From Octopus sinensis (Eukaryota), in NCBI RefSeq assembly GCF_006345805.1, contig NC_042998.1, positions 148,242,001 through 148,306,000 on the forward strand: 64,000 bases of DNA, in the 5' to 3' direction. Shown here one piece after another: positions 27,170 through 39,338 of the stretch. The notes beneath the pieces are model-generated. The model saw nothing but the letters and a program-made list of their open reading frames with translations, was not told the DNA's origin and did no database searches. Position numbers and translations under genes: made by a program. Within the stretch, counting starts at the first letter, position 1; each line of letters starts with the position of its first letter.

Positions 27170-27300
27170 TTGACGGGCTTCTTTCAGTTTCCATATGCCA
27201 AATCCACTTGAGGCTACATTAGAAGACACATGCCGAAGGTGCCACGCAGTGGGACTGAACCCTGGGCCATGTAATTGTGAAGTAAGCTTCTCTCCATGCA
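27170..27300 (-). mobile_element. SINE family B head
   Basis: gacgggcttctttcagtttcc..caaatccac..gaaggtgccacgcagtgggactgaacc. Confidence 0.7.
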
Positions 27301-27487
27301 GCAACTGATTCACCTCTAGCTTGTGAGGCACAGTTAACCGAATAAGTTTACTGAATCCGAGGAGCTAGGCCTCCGCAAGAAACCTATGAAACTGTAAGTC
27401 ACATAGGGCCAAACCAAACTGTTTCAAATAATTATATACTAAGTATGCTGAGCTCCCCTTTTCTTTGGTTTGTCAACTCACCCGTGC

Positions 27488-27980
<493 letters not shown>

Positions 27981-28394
27981 TATACACCTATATAAACATA
28001 CATATCTATGTCCTTACTCTTGTTATTTTATATGTGTTTATGAGAAATAAAGACAGAAGAAAAGTGTATAAAAAGTAGAAAAGAAAAGCTTTAAAAGAAA
28101 AGAAACGAAGAAAAATAGCCAGAAATTTTTGGATGATCGTTGCGTGTGTTTGCTGTAAGTTTGTTCCATATCAAAACAAGAAATATAGACAAGAACGCGC
28201 ATGCGTAATCAATGATGTTGTTATTGCGCAGCTAAGAGGGAGACAATGGGCAGGAGAGTGCATCGCATGCAACATTGCTGTTCACACCAGAATCGGTTCG
28301 CTATCGCGTTGGCGATTAATTTAGTCACGCATGATGTTACCTTCCGTTTGTAATCTTTACTGTAAGAACACCACACTCCTTTACACACACACAT

Positions 28395-28456
<62 letters not shown>

Positions 28457-28700
28457 AACACACACACACACAGAAAACACATGCACATACATATACAGAG
28501 GCATTTACATATGTATCCAAATGTATACGTGTTTGTATATACGAATACATATACTTATACATGTAAATGCATATATACTCACATATATATGTATAAGTGG
28601 TGTCTGCTTGTATGTATGTAAATGTATATCGATATAAATTCATATATATATGTACATACACACGCACACATATATATATTCACATATATCTCTCTCTCTC

Positions 28701-28739
<39 letters not shown>

Positions 28740-29124
28740 CTATATATATATATATATATGTATATGTATGCATGTGCATATATATGTCTGTGTATGTGTA
28801 TGTAAGTATATCTTCTGCATACACATGTGCACATCCACTTGTGCATATATATAGGCATTCCCACATACGTCTCCACATTGACGCACATTTTTGCCCTCTC
28901 TTACACCCTCCTTTCAAATGCTACCTCAGCCTCCCCTCACAGATACACACAAGCATGCAAACACGCAAACACACACACACACACATCTATATGCATAGAA
29001 CATACTCGCCTTTACACATACATACGCATAGAAGCCAATACTGACTCACTTGAACGTATTCACAAATGAGAATTACAGTTGCATACATACATACATACAT
29101 ACATACATACATACATACATCCAT

Positions 29125-29311
29125 CCATGCATATATATATGAATGCATGCAATTGCGTATGTATATGTATGTATGCATGCATATATATATGAATGCATGC
29201 AATTGCGTATGTATATGTATGTATGCATGCATATATATATGAATGCATGCAATTGCGTATGTATATGTATGTATGCATGCATATATATATGAATGCATGC
29301 AATTGCGTATG

Positions 29312-29343
<32 letters not shown>

Positions 29344-29791
29344 TATATGTATGTATGCATGCATATATATATGAATGCATGCAATTGCGTATGTATATGT
29401 ATGTATGCATGCATATATATATGAATGCATGCAATTGCGTATGTATATGTATGTATGCATGCATATATATATGAATGCATGCAATTGCGTATGTATATGT
29501 ATGTATGTATATATGTATGTATGCATGCATATATATATGAATGCATGCAATTGCGTATGTATATGTATGTATGCATGCATATATATATGAATGCATGCAA
29601 TTGCGTATGTATATGTATGTATGCATGCATATATATATGAATGCATGCAATTGCGTATGTATATGTATGTATGTATATATGTATGTATGCATGCATATAT
29701 ATATGAATGCATGCAATTGCGTATGTATATGTATGTATGTATATATGTATGTATGCATGCATATATATATGAATGCATGCAATTGCGTATG

Positions 29792-29823
<32 letters not shown>

Positions 29824-29850
29824 TGTATGTATGTATGTATGTATGTATGT
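29125..29850. repeat. Minisatellite, 12 units of a 50-bp base repeat
   Basis: GCAATTGC marker at 29149, 29199, 29249, 29299, 29381, 29431, 29481, 29547, 29597, 29647, 29713, 29779. Confidence 0.95.
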
Positions 29851-29974
29851 GTGTGTGCTTGCGTGCGCGCGTGTGTGTGTATGTATGTACTTACGGTTAC
29901 TTTAGCCATGTAACCACAGACGTCCTTTTCTCGGACTATCCTTTTCCTTCTCTCTGAATCTTCCTTCTTTCGCC

Positions 29975-30004
29975 TTTCTGACGAAGAGCTATGCTTAAAA
30001 CGTC
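29975..30004 (+). ncRNA. Degenerate hammerhead motif (same family as 34770)
   Basis: CTGACGA-A-GAGC-TAT-GCTT-AAAA-CGTC; CG>TA change destroys GAAA; no stem I. Confidence 0.5.
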
Positions 30005-30256
30005 TCACTCTCTCTCTTTTCACCGGTTCTTTTTTATATCTTAAGCTGAGTGTCAACTTAATACATTCGTTGTGCACGTCCTTTTGACAGTTGCTTTTGT
30101 TTTTATTTTTGGCTTGCCTATATATACGTATGTGTGTGTCAATACATACATATGGATACATATATACTTATATATATATATACAAACAGGCAGACATATA
30201 CGCTCACACACACATATGCTAATCTTCAGCTACTGGAATTTGAATCCAAATTTCAG

Positions 30257-30296
30257 TGGCTGAAGAATAGCATCACGCTTGAAACTCGGAGTACCA
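30257..30296 (+). ncRNA. Weak/degenerate type I hammerhead motif
   Basis: TGG-CTGAAGA-AT-AGC/GCT-T-GAAA-CTCGGAGT-A-CCA: stem III ACTC/GAGT, GUA site, 3-bp stem I. Confidence 0.45.
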
Positions 30297-31396
30297 AGGA
30301 AGTTGAATCAAACTGTTTGATCCATATATATATAATTACTCGTTGTCACCGTTGTTAGTTTTGCCGGAGTCGCTGATCACGTAACAGTTTTCTTGAGTTC
30401 AAACTACTTTCAAACGGTAAGGACGGTCTGCCATTGATATAGAAAATTTTATATAAACAAATAAAAGAAAACAAATGTTAAGGAAATAGATAAAAAATAG
30501 AAAATAAAAATACATTTGTAAAAATAATGTAAATATATTTGTGTTATGGGGACTCATTCCAGCATACTGGTTGAATCATTCACACAGCGGAACTTAAGGC
30601 CAAACTCTGCTCTGAGTATTAAGTACTCCAATCTGTGAATGCTATATAATTATTATCAAACTTGCTATAGATTTAATAACAGAGGAAACAGAATCCTGGG
30701 AGATTGGTGATGGGCCTGCGTCAGCAAGTTTGGCATGTTTTGAAAACTGTGACAAAAACATTACAGTGAAATTGCCGTGGAGTGTTGCACTTCACACATC
30801 TCAGTTCTTCTGTCATCCTTGCTCAGAAGAAACACTCCGTCCGGAGCACTACATACCCATCTACCCACGGCAATTTTTCTGTATTCTTTTACTGTTGATT
30901 TTCTTAATAGCCCCATTTTGACATGTATATGTAAAAATATATGAAAAACAAACATTCAAAAAATATATATATATATACGAACATGCATTTTCTATAATAT
31001 TTTCTCTTCATCATTCCTCCTTTCCCCTTTCTTTGTCTTTTCATTTACTTTACCCAAAACAACATATTTTCGATTTCAACAATTGCGCGTATTTAGCATT
31101 TTTGTTATAAGCAGTGTACGTTGCTCTCCAGTATTTAGTTACGTCATCACCGACATATTACGTGAGAGTCCGAGTGATATCAGAAAGCGTAATTTCAGTA
31201 TTGTAATACTTAACTAAACTCTACATCTGTATTGAGAACTTTACTTCGTGTTGATATACTTGAACGTAGACACACGTATGTATACGTAGACATACACATA
31301 CCCATATGTATATACATACACACATATATGTATATGTGTGTGTATGTATGTGCATGTGCATGTGTATATAAGTGTGTATATGTATATGTATATGTA

Positions 31397-32313
31397 TATA
31401 CAGGATGCGGTGAATAAGTTGTCTAAATTACGCAAAAATGAAAATAACACTGACATCTGATTTTAACAGATATATTTACCAAAATTACATAAAAATATAT
31501 TTTCTACTCTGGGCATAAGGCCCGAAACTTTTGGGGAGGAGCCAATCGATTAGATCGACCCCAGTTCGCAACTGGTACTTAATTTATCGATCTCGAAAGG
31601 ATGAAAGGTAAAGTCGGCCTCGGCGGAATTTGAACTTAGAACGTAAAGACAGACGAAACACCGCCAAGCATTTCACGCTAACGTTTCTACCAGCTCACCG
31701 CCTTATAACATAAAAATATTTATTAAATAAAATCGCCATTGGCTACAACCACAGCCTTCAGAATCTCCCGCAACACTTCTGGACACTCTCCTTGTTTAAG
31801 TTGATGAATGCTGCCATAATCCATGCCTTCAATTCATCTTTGGTGTTACAAGGAGTTTTGTTGGTCTCTCGCTCAACTTCACACCACACATAATAATTAA
31901 GGGGCTTGCAGTCTGGGGAGTTAGGAGGCCACATGTTAGGGGTGATGTGGTCGAAGAAATTGTCTGACAGTCATGACTGGGTTCTCCTGCTTGTGTGGCA
32001 TGATGCAGAGTCCTGTTGCCAGACGTAGGATCTTCCAGCAACCACCCTCTTGACCCAGAGCAGCACTACCTCCTCTAGGCACTTGACGTAGGCCTCCGTG
32101 TTGAGCGTGAGGCCATGTGGGAAAGTGAATGGAGGCGTAACGTCGCCATCACTAGTAATCACTCCATACACCATGATATTGACTGGACGTTTGATTTTTA
32201 TTACTCTCGGCTGTTCTGTGTGTTCACCATCTTTTCCTATTGCACAAATTTCTGGCAGAGTGAATTGTATCATGGTGTTGCTTCCCTTAGAGACGGTGCC
32301 CAAATAATCCAAC
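31397..32313 (-). mobile_element. Tc1/mariner (maT-like) transposase 3' fragment with one terminus; SINE inserted
   Basis: IMVYGVITSDGDV..WQQDSASCHTSRRTQ..WPPNSPDCKPLNYYVW; terminus TA|CAGGATGCGGTGAATAAG near 31397-31415. Confidence 0.88.
31499..31707 (-). mobile_element. tRNA-derived SINE family A with 12-bp TSD
   Basis: A box ggtgagctggtagaa, B box gttcaaattcc on minus strand; ACATAAAAATAT at 31487-31498 and 31708-31719. Confidence 0.88.
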
Positions 32314-32998
32314 TACTGATGAAGTGTAACCTATGGTAGATTGGCTTAATTTAATTTAATTAAGCTAATTTAATCATTAATGACACAGAAACGTTGCAAC
32401 GTCTAAAAGATGAATTGGGGTAAATGTTTTTAAATTTTCACCTAATTTCTGAATTACTACTACTTGGCGGTGTGAGTTATGGCTGCTCTTCTGGTGGACG
32501 AATGACCTGTTAGGGTCACTCCTAAATTGTTATATATATATATCTAGTCGTTGACTATTTCTCTTTCCACCAGGCCGCTGGTAGCGATAAATTTATATTG
32601 AATTTTTTGCTACCCTAAATTGACTAATTGATAATTTTCTGAATAATCTGAGATTGAATCGGCAGTTTATATTACTGCTGATAAGTTTGGCGCGAATACG
32701 TCAGTCTTGAAAATTTTAAGACTATATTCCGTAGGCATCGATACAGACGCCTCGTGTATATTTGTCTCTTCCCAGGTTTTTACTGATGAAGTGTAACCTA
32801 TGGTAGATTGGCTTAATTTAATTTAATTAAGCTAATTTAATCATTAATGACACAGAAACGTTGCAACGTCTAAAAGATGAATTGGGGTAAATGTTTTTAA
32901 ATTTTCACCTAATTTCTGAATTACTACTACTTGGCGGTGTGAGTTATGGCTGCTCTTTCTGGTGGACGAATGACCTGTTAGGGTCACTCCTAAATTGT

Positions 32999-33010
<12 letters not shown>
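32314..33010 (+). mobile_element. Retrozyme/Penelope pseudo-LTR-like element: two ~225-bp direct repeats each carrying an HHR, period 467 bp
   Basis: 32314-32540 and 32781-33008 near-identical; both end in (TA)n; no ORF. Confidence 0.75.
32777..32876 (+). ncRNA. Type I hammerhead ribozyme with long stem II; predicted GUC cleavage after 32870
   Basis: Stem I TTTTTA/TAAAAG; CTGATGA 32783-89; GTGT/ACAC base of stem II with inner 12-bp hairpin; GAAA 32855-58; palindrome ACGTTGCAACGT 32858-69; C17 = 32870. Confidence 0.72.
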
Positions 33011-33030
<20 letters not shown>

Positions 33031-33119
33031 CACATATTCATATACATATATGCACATATATTTTTATATACATAAATTCTCATATTTATACACATATACT
33101 ACGATCACAATGTTGTGAA

Positions 33120-33385
33120 TTCGATTCGCGGTGACACGTTATGTATTTGAGCATGACTATTTTACCTTGCTCCAGTCCACTCACCTGGCAAAAATGAGTA
33201 GTACCTGTATTTCAAAGGGTCACTCTTGTCATGTTCTGTGTCAACGCTGAATCTCCTTGAGAACTGCATTAAGGGTACGCATATCTGTAGAGTGCTGAGC
33301 CACTTGCAGGTTAATTTCACGAGCAGGCTGTTCCGTTGATCGGATCAACTGGAATACATGCCGTCGTGTCGACGGAGCGCCAGTT
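33120..33385 (+). mobile_element. SINE family C, diverged
   Basis: ttgctccagtccactca.ctggcaaaaatgagt..atttcaaaggg..gttaatttcacgagca.gctgttccgttgatcg shared with 45393-45715. Confidence 0.75.
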
Positions 33386-34259
33386 ATATATGCACACAAG
33401 CACATATATATATATACATATGCGCACAGATGCACACTCATGTGCAGATATATATGCATGCATAGTATATATATATATATACTAGCATTAAAAACCCGTC
33501 GTTGCCGGGTCATAGTGCTAGTGCATGTATATATGTGTATATATATATGTGTACATATTACATGTACATCTATATATATACATCTACACATAAAATACAA
33601 AATACAAAGTTATATCTTGATATCGCTAGTGGTAACAATACTCAAAATATATAACAAACTGGAATTGTTAGTCCGTCTCTTGTAATTGCGATCAAATGTA
33701 TCTTGTCCTCCCTCTTGTATAGAAGTGTGGCTACAATCCAGAATATCTCTACTTCTGGTGGGGGCATTTAAATTTTTTTTTCCGGGACGTTCTACGTCCC
33801 AGATATAAAGGTAAAAATAAAATATTTCCACTTTGCAAGTTCGAGTCGATTACTCCCTTGCACGCTCCGTTGACTCGAACCTTGCTTCTACTGTGGCGAA
33901 TTTACCGCCTCTGATTAGATATCTTTCATAGTCGCACCAAGACACTTTTCGAAGGTGCTTTCCTCCTGTGTTCAAATCTTTTTTTTTCTCTACATTGTAT
34001 ACTTTATAGACAATAGTCTTTTCTTTAATTTAATTTTTTATTATCCATCTGGACTATTCCATTTCTGCACGCTAATTTTATTTTAAATTTATTCCCATTC
34101 ATGTGAAACCACTTATTCAAGTTCAAATCATTGATGCAATTTTATACCAATTGCTATTTTTACTTTTGTTATGTTACGATTATATTATACTTTAGTTTGA
34201 TTTTAATTATTACTTACTACATATAATTCAATTGTTATTATTATTTTTATTGTTAAAGT

Positions 34260-34663
34260 GAAAGTATCTGACATAAAATAGAGAAATGTTTTTGTTTCAC
34301 TTTTAACACGTAATACTGAAATAGTGGATATGATATTGCTATGGGCTCGCTCTAGACAAGAAGTTGAACATTTTTTTTTGTCCATGAAACTACATGGACC
34401 CTAAGTAAGGCATGTGTAAAATTTGAATGAAATTGGTTGTGTAGTTCTCAAGTTTTAGGGAATCGTAGTGGAGAAGATATGATATTGCTGTGGGCTCGCC
34501 CTAGGCAAAAAGTTAAACATTTTTTTTGCCGATGACACTCACCGAGCCTAAGTAAGACATGTGTAAAATTTGAATGAATTTGGTTATGTAGTTCTCAAGT
34601 TTTAGGCAAACACACAAACAGACAGACATACAGACACACATTCTCAGTTTTATATATATAAAG

Positions 34664-34665
<2 letters not shown>
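34260..34665 (+). mobile_element. Helitron/Helentron-like non-autonomous element 3' part with 149-bp internal tandem
   Basis: Duplicated units start at 34327 and 34476; ends (CAGA)n..cagttttatatatataaagat, a terminus style recalled from DINE-1-like elements. Confidence 0.45.
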
Positions 34666-34698
<33 letters not shown>

Positions 34699-34769
34699 AA
34701 TGACCGCGTGTGTACCGTTGGCGATTTTTTTCCTCCGTCTTCCCTTCTCTGGATCTTTCCTTTTCCTAT

Positions 34770-34804
34770 GTTTCTGACGAAGAGCTCCGCTCGAAACGTA
34801 AAAC
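34770..34804 (+). ncRNA. Minimal type I hammerhead ribozyme, GUA site (cleavage after 34800)
   Basis: GTTT-CTGACGA-A-GAGC-TCC-GCTC-GAA-ACGT-A-AAAC. Confidence 0.75.
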
Positions 34805-34916
34805 CCTCCTTCTTCCCTTCCTTCCTGAGCGTCCAATAATACTATATTTGTTCCACGTCCTCGCGTTGTTGTGTTTTCTCTTTGTGTTTTCATGTTTGGA
34901 TTAACTTTATATAGAT

Positions 34917-34996
<80 letters not shown>

Positions 34997-35130
34997 ATAT
35001 ATATATATGAATATATATATATATATATATTATATATATAGTTCTATATATATATGAATATATAATATATAATATATATATATAGAATACATATATATAA
35101 ATGTATATATATATATTTATATACATATAG

Positions 35131-35162
<32 letters not shown>

Positions 35163-35409
35163 TTTGTGTATATTTGTGTGTGAGTATGTTGGTGTCTGTG
35201 TGTATGCGCGTGTGTGTGAATGTGTGTGCTCAAACACACGAGCATGTGCACATTCACGTATAAAAATTGCATAAGTAGAGAGAAATGGGGAGAGGGAAAG
35301 AGAAAAGAGGGGAGAGAGAAGGAGAGAAAGATACAGAGAGGCAGAGAGGGTGAGACAAAAGAAGTGAAAGTATATATATATATAATATATATACATACAT
35401 ATATATATC

Positions 35410-35440
<31 letters not shown>

Positions 35441-35607
35441 TATATATATACGTACATACATACATAAATATATATGGTTTGAGAGAAATAGTAGGTGAGG
35501 TTTGGTGCAAAGTTGGTTGAAAAAAAGAGGAAGTGGAAGATAGCAAGATTGATAAAGAGAAAAAGAGAGGGGGAGGGAGAATGAGAGAGATAGGTGGAGA
35601 TAGAGAC

Positions 35608-35638
<31 letters not shown>

Positions 35639-35789
35639 AGAAAGAAAGAAAGAAAGAAGAAGAAAGAGAGAGAAAGAGATGGAAACAGATGTATGAGGAA
35701 GTGAGGGGAGAAAGTGAAAGTGAAAAAGTAGTAAACTGGAAACAGAAAAGAGAGAGAGAAGAAAAGGTTGAGCAGCATATATATATATT

Positions 35790-36185
<396 letters not shown>

Positions 36186-36809
36186 GATTGAAGGAGGGAT
36201 AGAGAGGAAGAGGATGAGAATAATTAGAAGCGGATAGTCTGCGGGTTGGGTGTGGGTGCAAGATCAAACATTCCAACCGTTTCTATCGTAAATGTTCTTC
36301 ATCTCATCACTTCTAAAACGGTTCTGTACGATCCACTGGGTTGGAAATTGCGTCCTCTTGAAAATTCTTGGAACGTAAGCACACACACATGCAAACGCAT
36401 ACATAAACACAAACGAACACAAACGCACACGCACTCGCACACGCACTCGCACACGCACTCGCACACATCGCTAAAACTCACATGAAGATACACAAATACA
36501 TAGTGTATGTGCAGAAATATATACATATACATACCTACATACATGTATATATATACATATATATATATAATATATAAATATATATAATAATATGTATATA
36601 CAAATATATATATACATATACATATATATATACATTATATATATATACATCATATATATATATATACATATATACATATACATATATACATTATATACAT
36701 ATATATATAAATACGCAAATGTGCACATTCAAATATGCACATATATACGTTTGCATATGATTGCACATATATGTAAAACACACAAACACACACACACACA
36801 ACCACACAC

Positions 36810-36860
<51 letters not shown>

Positions 36861-37094
36861 TCCGTTTTTCCGTTCTTGTTTTGTATACATTCGAAGCTTT
36901 CTTCCAAGGAATCTAATGCGCTTAGCTTAGTTTTTCCTTGGGGCTGGCCAGATTGGAGCAATCTTGAGATTAATCAGTCAAAATTGCGAGGATGATCCGG
37001 TTCTTGGCTGAAGATTGAAGGCTTCAAATGTCCCGTCCGTGTTTTTTGTATCGTCTCCTAAATGTTTTGCGTTCTTGTCCCAGTTTATATTTTT

Positions 37095-37170
<76 letters not shown>

Positions 37171-37252
37171 CGGCGTACGTACCCTCTCTCTTATATGTAT
37201 ATATATATATGTGAGTATCTATCATCTATCTCTTTATATCTATCTATATCTA

Positions 37253-37290
<38 letters not shown>

Positions 37291-37379
37291 GGATAATACA
37301 AACAAACATACACTCACATTTACAATCATTTGCATATACATATTTATGTATATGTATATATCCTCTCTACTACAGACTT

Positions 37380-37575
37380 GAGGACTGAAATTTAGGTGGG
37401 AGAGGAAAAAGAATTACATTGACCCCAGTATTCAACTGGTACTTATTTTATCGATCTGAGAGAATGAATGGCCCAGTTGAACCCGGCGGCTTTTGAGACC
37501 AGAATACGAAGACAGACGAAATGCCACAAAGTATTTCGCCCGGCGTGCTAACGATTCTGCCAGGTCGCCTCCTTC
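37380..37575 (-). mobile_element. SINE family A
   Basis: gaccccagtattcaactggtacttattttatcg..gctaacgattctgccaggtcgcctcctt. Confidence 0.75.
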
Positions 37576-37904
37576 ATACTTGTATATATCCGCGGTCATT
37601 CTCAACCAAGTTGGAACTTTCTTTTCAATATAGATACCAGAAAAAAATTCGCAAATTTGTACGAAATGTGATCAAGCTGAAATTAAATTAATATGCGCAC
37701 TTTAAACAGCTTCATATTGGAAGGTAAATTCCACAGTAGGTCAGAGTAACCGACGGTGCCTGTCAATGAGGATGCTAAATCAAATCAAAACACCAGTGTC
37801 TGATGATCTGCCGACGACAGTGAGTGATCACTATAGCTTCAATACATCAACTCTCTCTCTCTCTCCGTCTCTCTCTCACACACACACATACACACACACA
37901 TCCG

Positions 37905-38075
37905 TGTGTGTGACGGGCTTCTTTCTGTTTTGTCTCTACCATATCCGCTCACAAGTTCTTGGTCAGCCTGAGGCTATAGTAGAAGACACTTGCCCAAAGT
38001 ACCACGAAAAGGGACTGAACCTGGTATCATGTGGTTGGGAAGCAAGCTTTTTACAACACAGCCACACCTACGCCT
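37905..38075 (-). mobile_element. SINE family B head
   Basis: gaggctatagtagaagacacttgcccaa..gggactgaacc..catgtggttgggaagcaagc..cacagccac. Confidence 0.75.
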
Positions 38076-38560
38076 ATATAAAAATATATAAAAAAACACT
38101 CGAAAAACAAAACAAATAAAATCATGAGTACCATTAGCGATCTTACTAAATAAAGTAATTTTTCCCCAACATAGAAGTAAGGTGAAAAGTGGGGTTGAGG
38201 TGAGGTGTTAGATTAGTCGATTATATGGATCCCAATACTTTACTGGTACTTTATTTTATCAACTCTGAAAAGATGACTTTCTCAAGATTTGAACTCAGAA
38301 TAGCCGGGAGATATACTGTTAGGCGTTTTACCCAATGCCCCAATGATTCAGTCAATCTATCGCCCTCTAACTAAATGTAAGTATGTCATTTAGAAATGAC
38401 AAAGCAGTAGTTTCAGAGTTACGCAAGTCTACTAAAATCAAAATGAGAAGAAACTTGTCTACCACCTGACCAGTCTTTGAGATTTTATGTTTGGAACTGT
38501 AGAAATATTTTAGGTACAGTCTCACGGTTACATATTTACACCGACAGACAGGTAGACATG

Positions 38561-38597
<37 letters not shown>

Positions 38598-38756
38598 ACA
38601 CACATACATACACACACACACATAAACGTGTGTCTGAATACTTTATAAATCTATCTATTTATATGTATATATACATACACATACATACAAATTATATGTG
38701 TGTGTATGTATATATGCACATATTACATACATATATGTATGTACATATATACATAC

Positions 38757-38872
<116 letters not shown>

Positions 38873-39304
38873 CGGCGGTGCATCAGCATGGCCGCAGCTC
38901 TGAGCTGAAACTAGAAAAAAATATGTGTGTGTGTGTATGTGTATATATAATTACATATATATTACATATATGTAAGTATACATGTATATCGTATATATAT
39001 GTTTATATATTTATATTTTTTTACATATCTACATATTTATACGTCTGTTTTTCTATCTATATAAGGATGTATCCATATTAGATATATATACGTATGCATA
39101 TATATACATATATATTATGTAAATATAAATATATAAACATAAATATAAATATATAATATATATATATATATGTATATATATAGATACATATATATAATAT
39201 ACGTATTATATATTATATAAAATTTATAATATATATAAGTAAATTCACACAAACACACACATACACAAATACACACATACACACCTGTGTGTGTGTGTGT
39301 GTGA

Positions 39305-39338
<34 letters not shown>

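Noticed and set aside
30769-30876. 12-bp inverted repeat AAATTGCCGTGG with 84-nt spacer
   Set aside because: No TSD or second copy; insufficient for a MITE call
29125-33010. CRISPR-like interpretation of the 50-bp array or the 467-bp repeat
   Set aside because: No unique spacers, no cas genes, eukaryotic context
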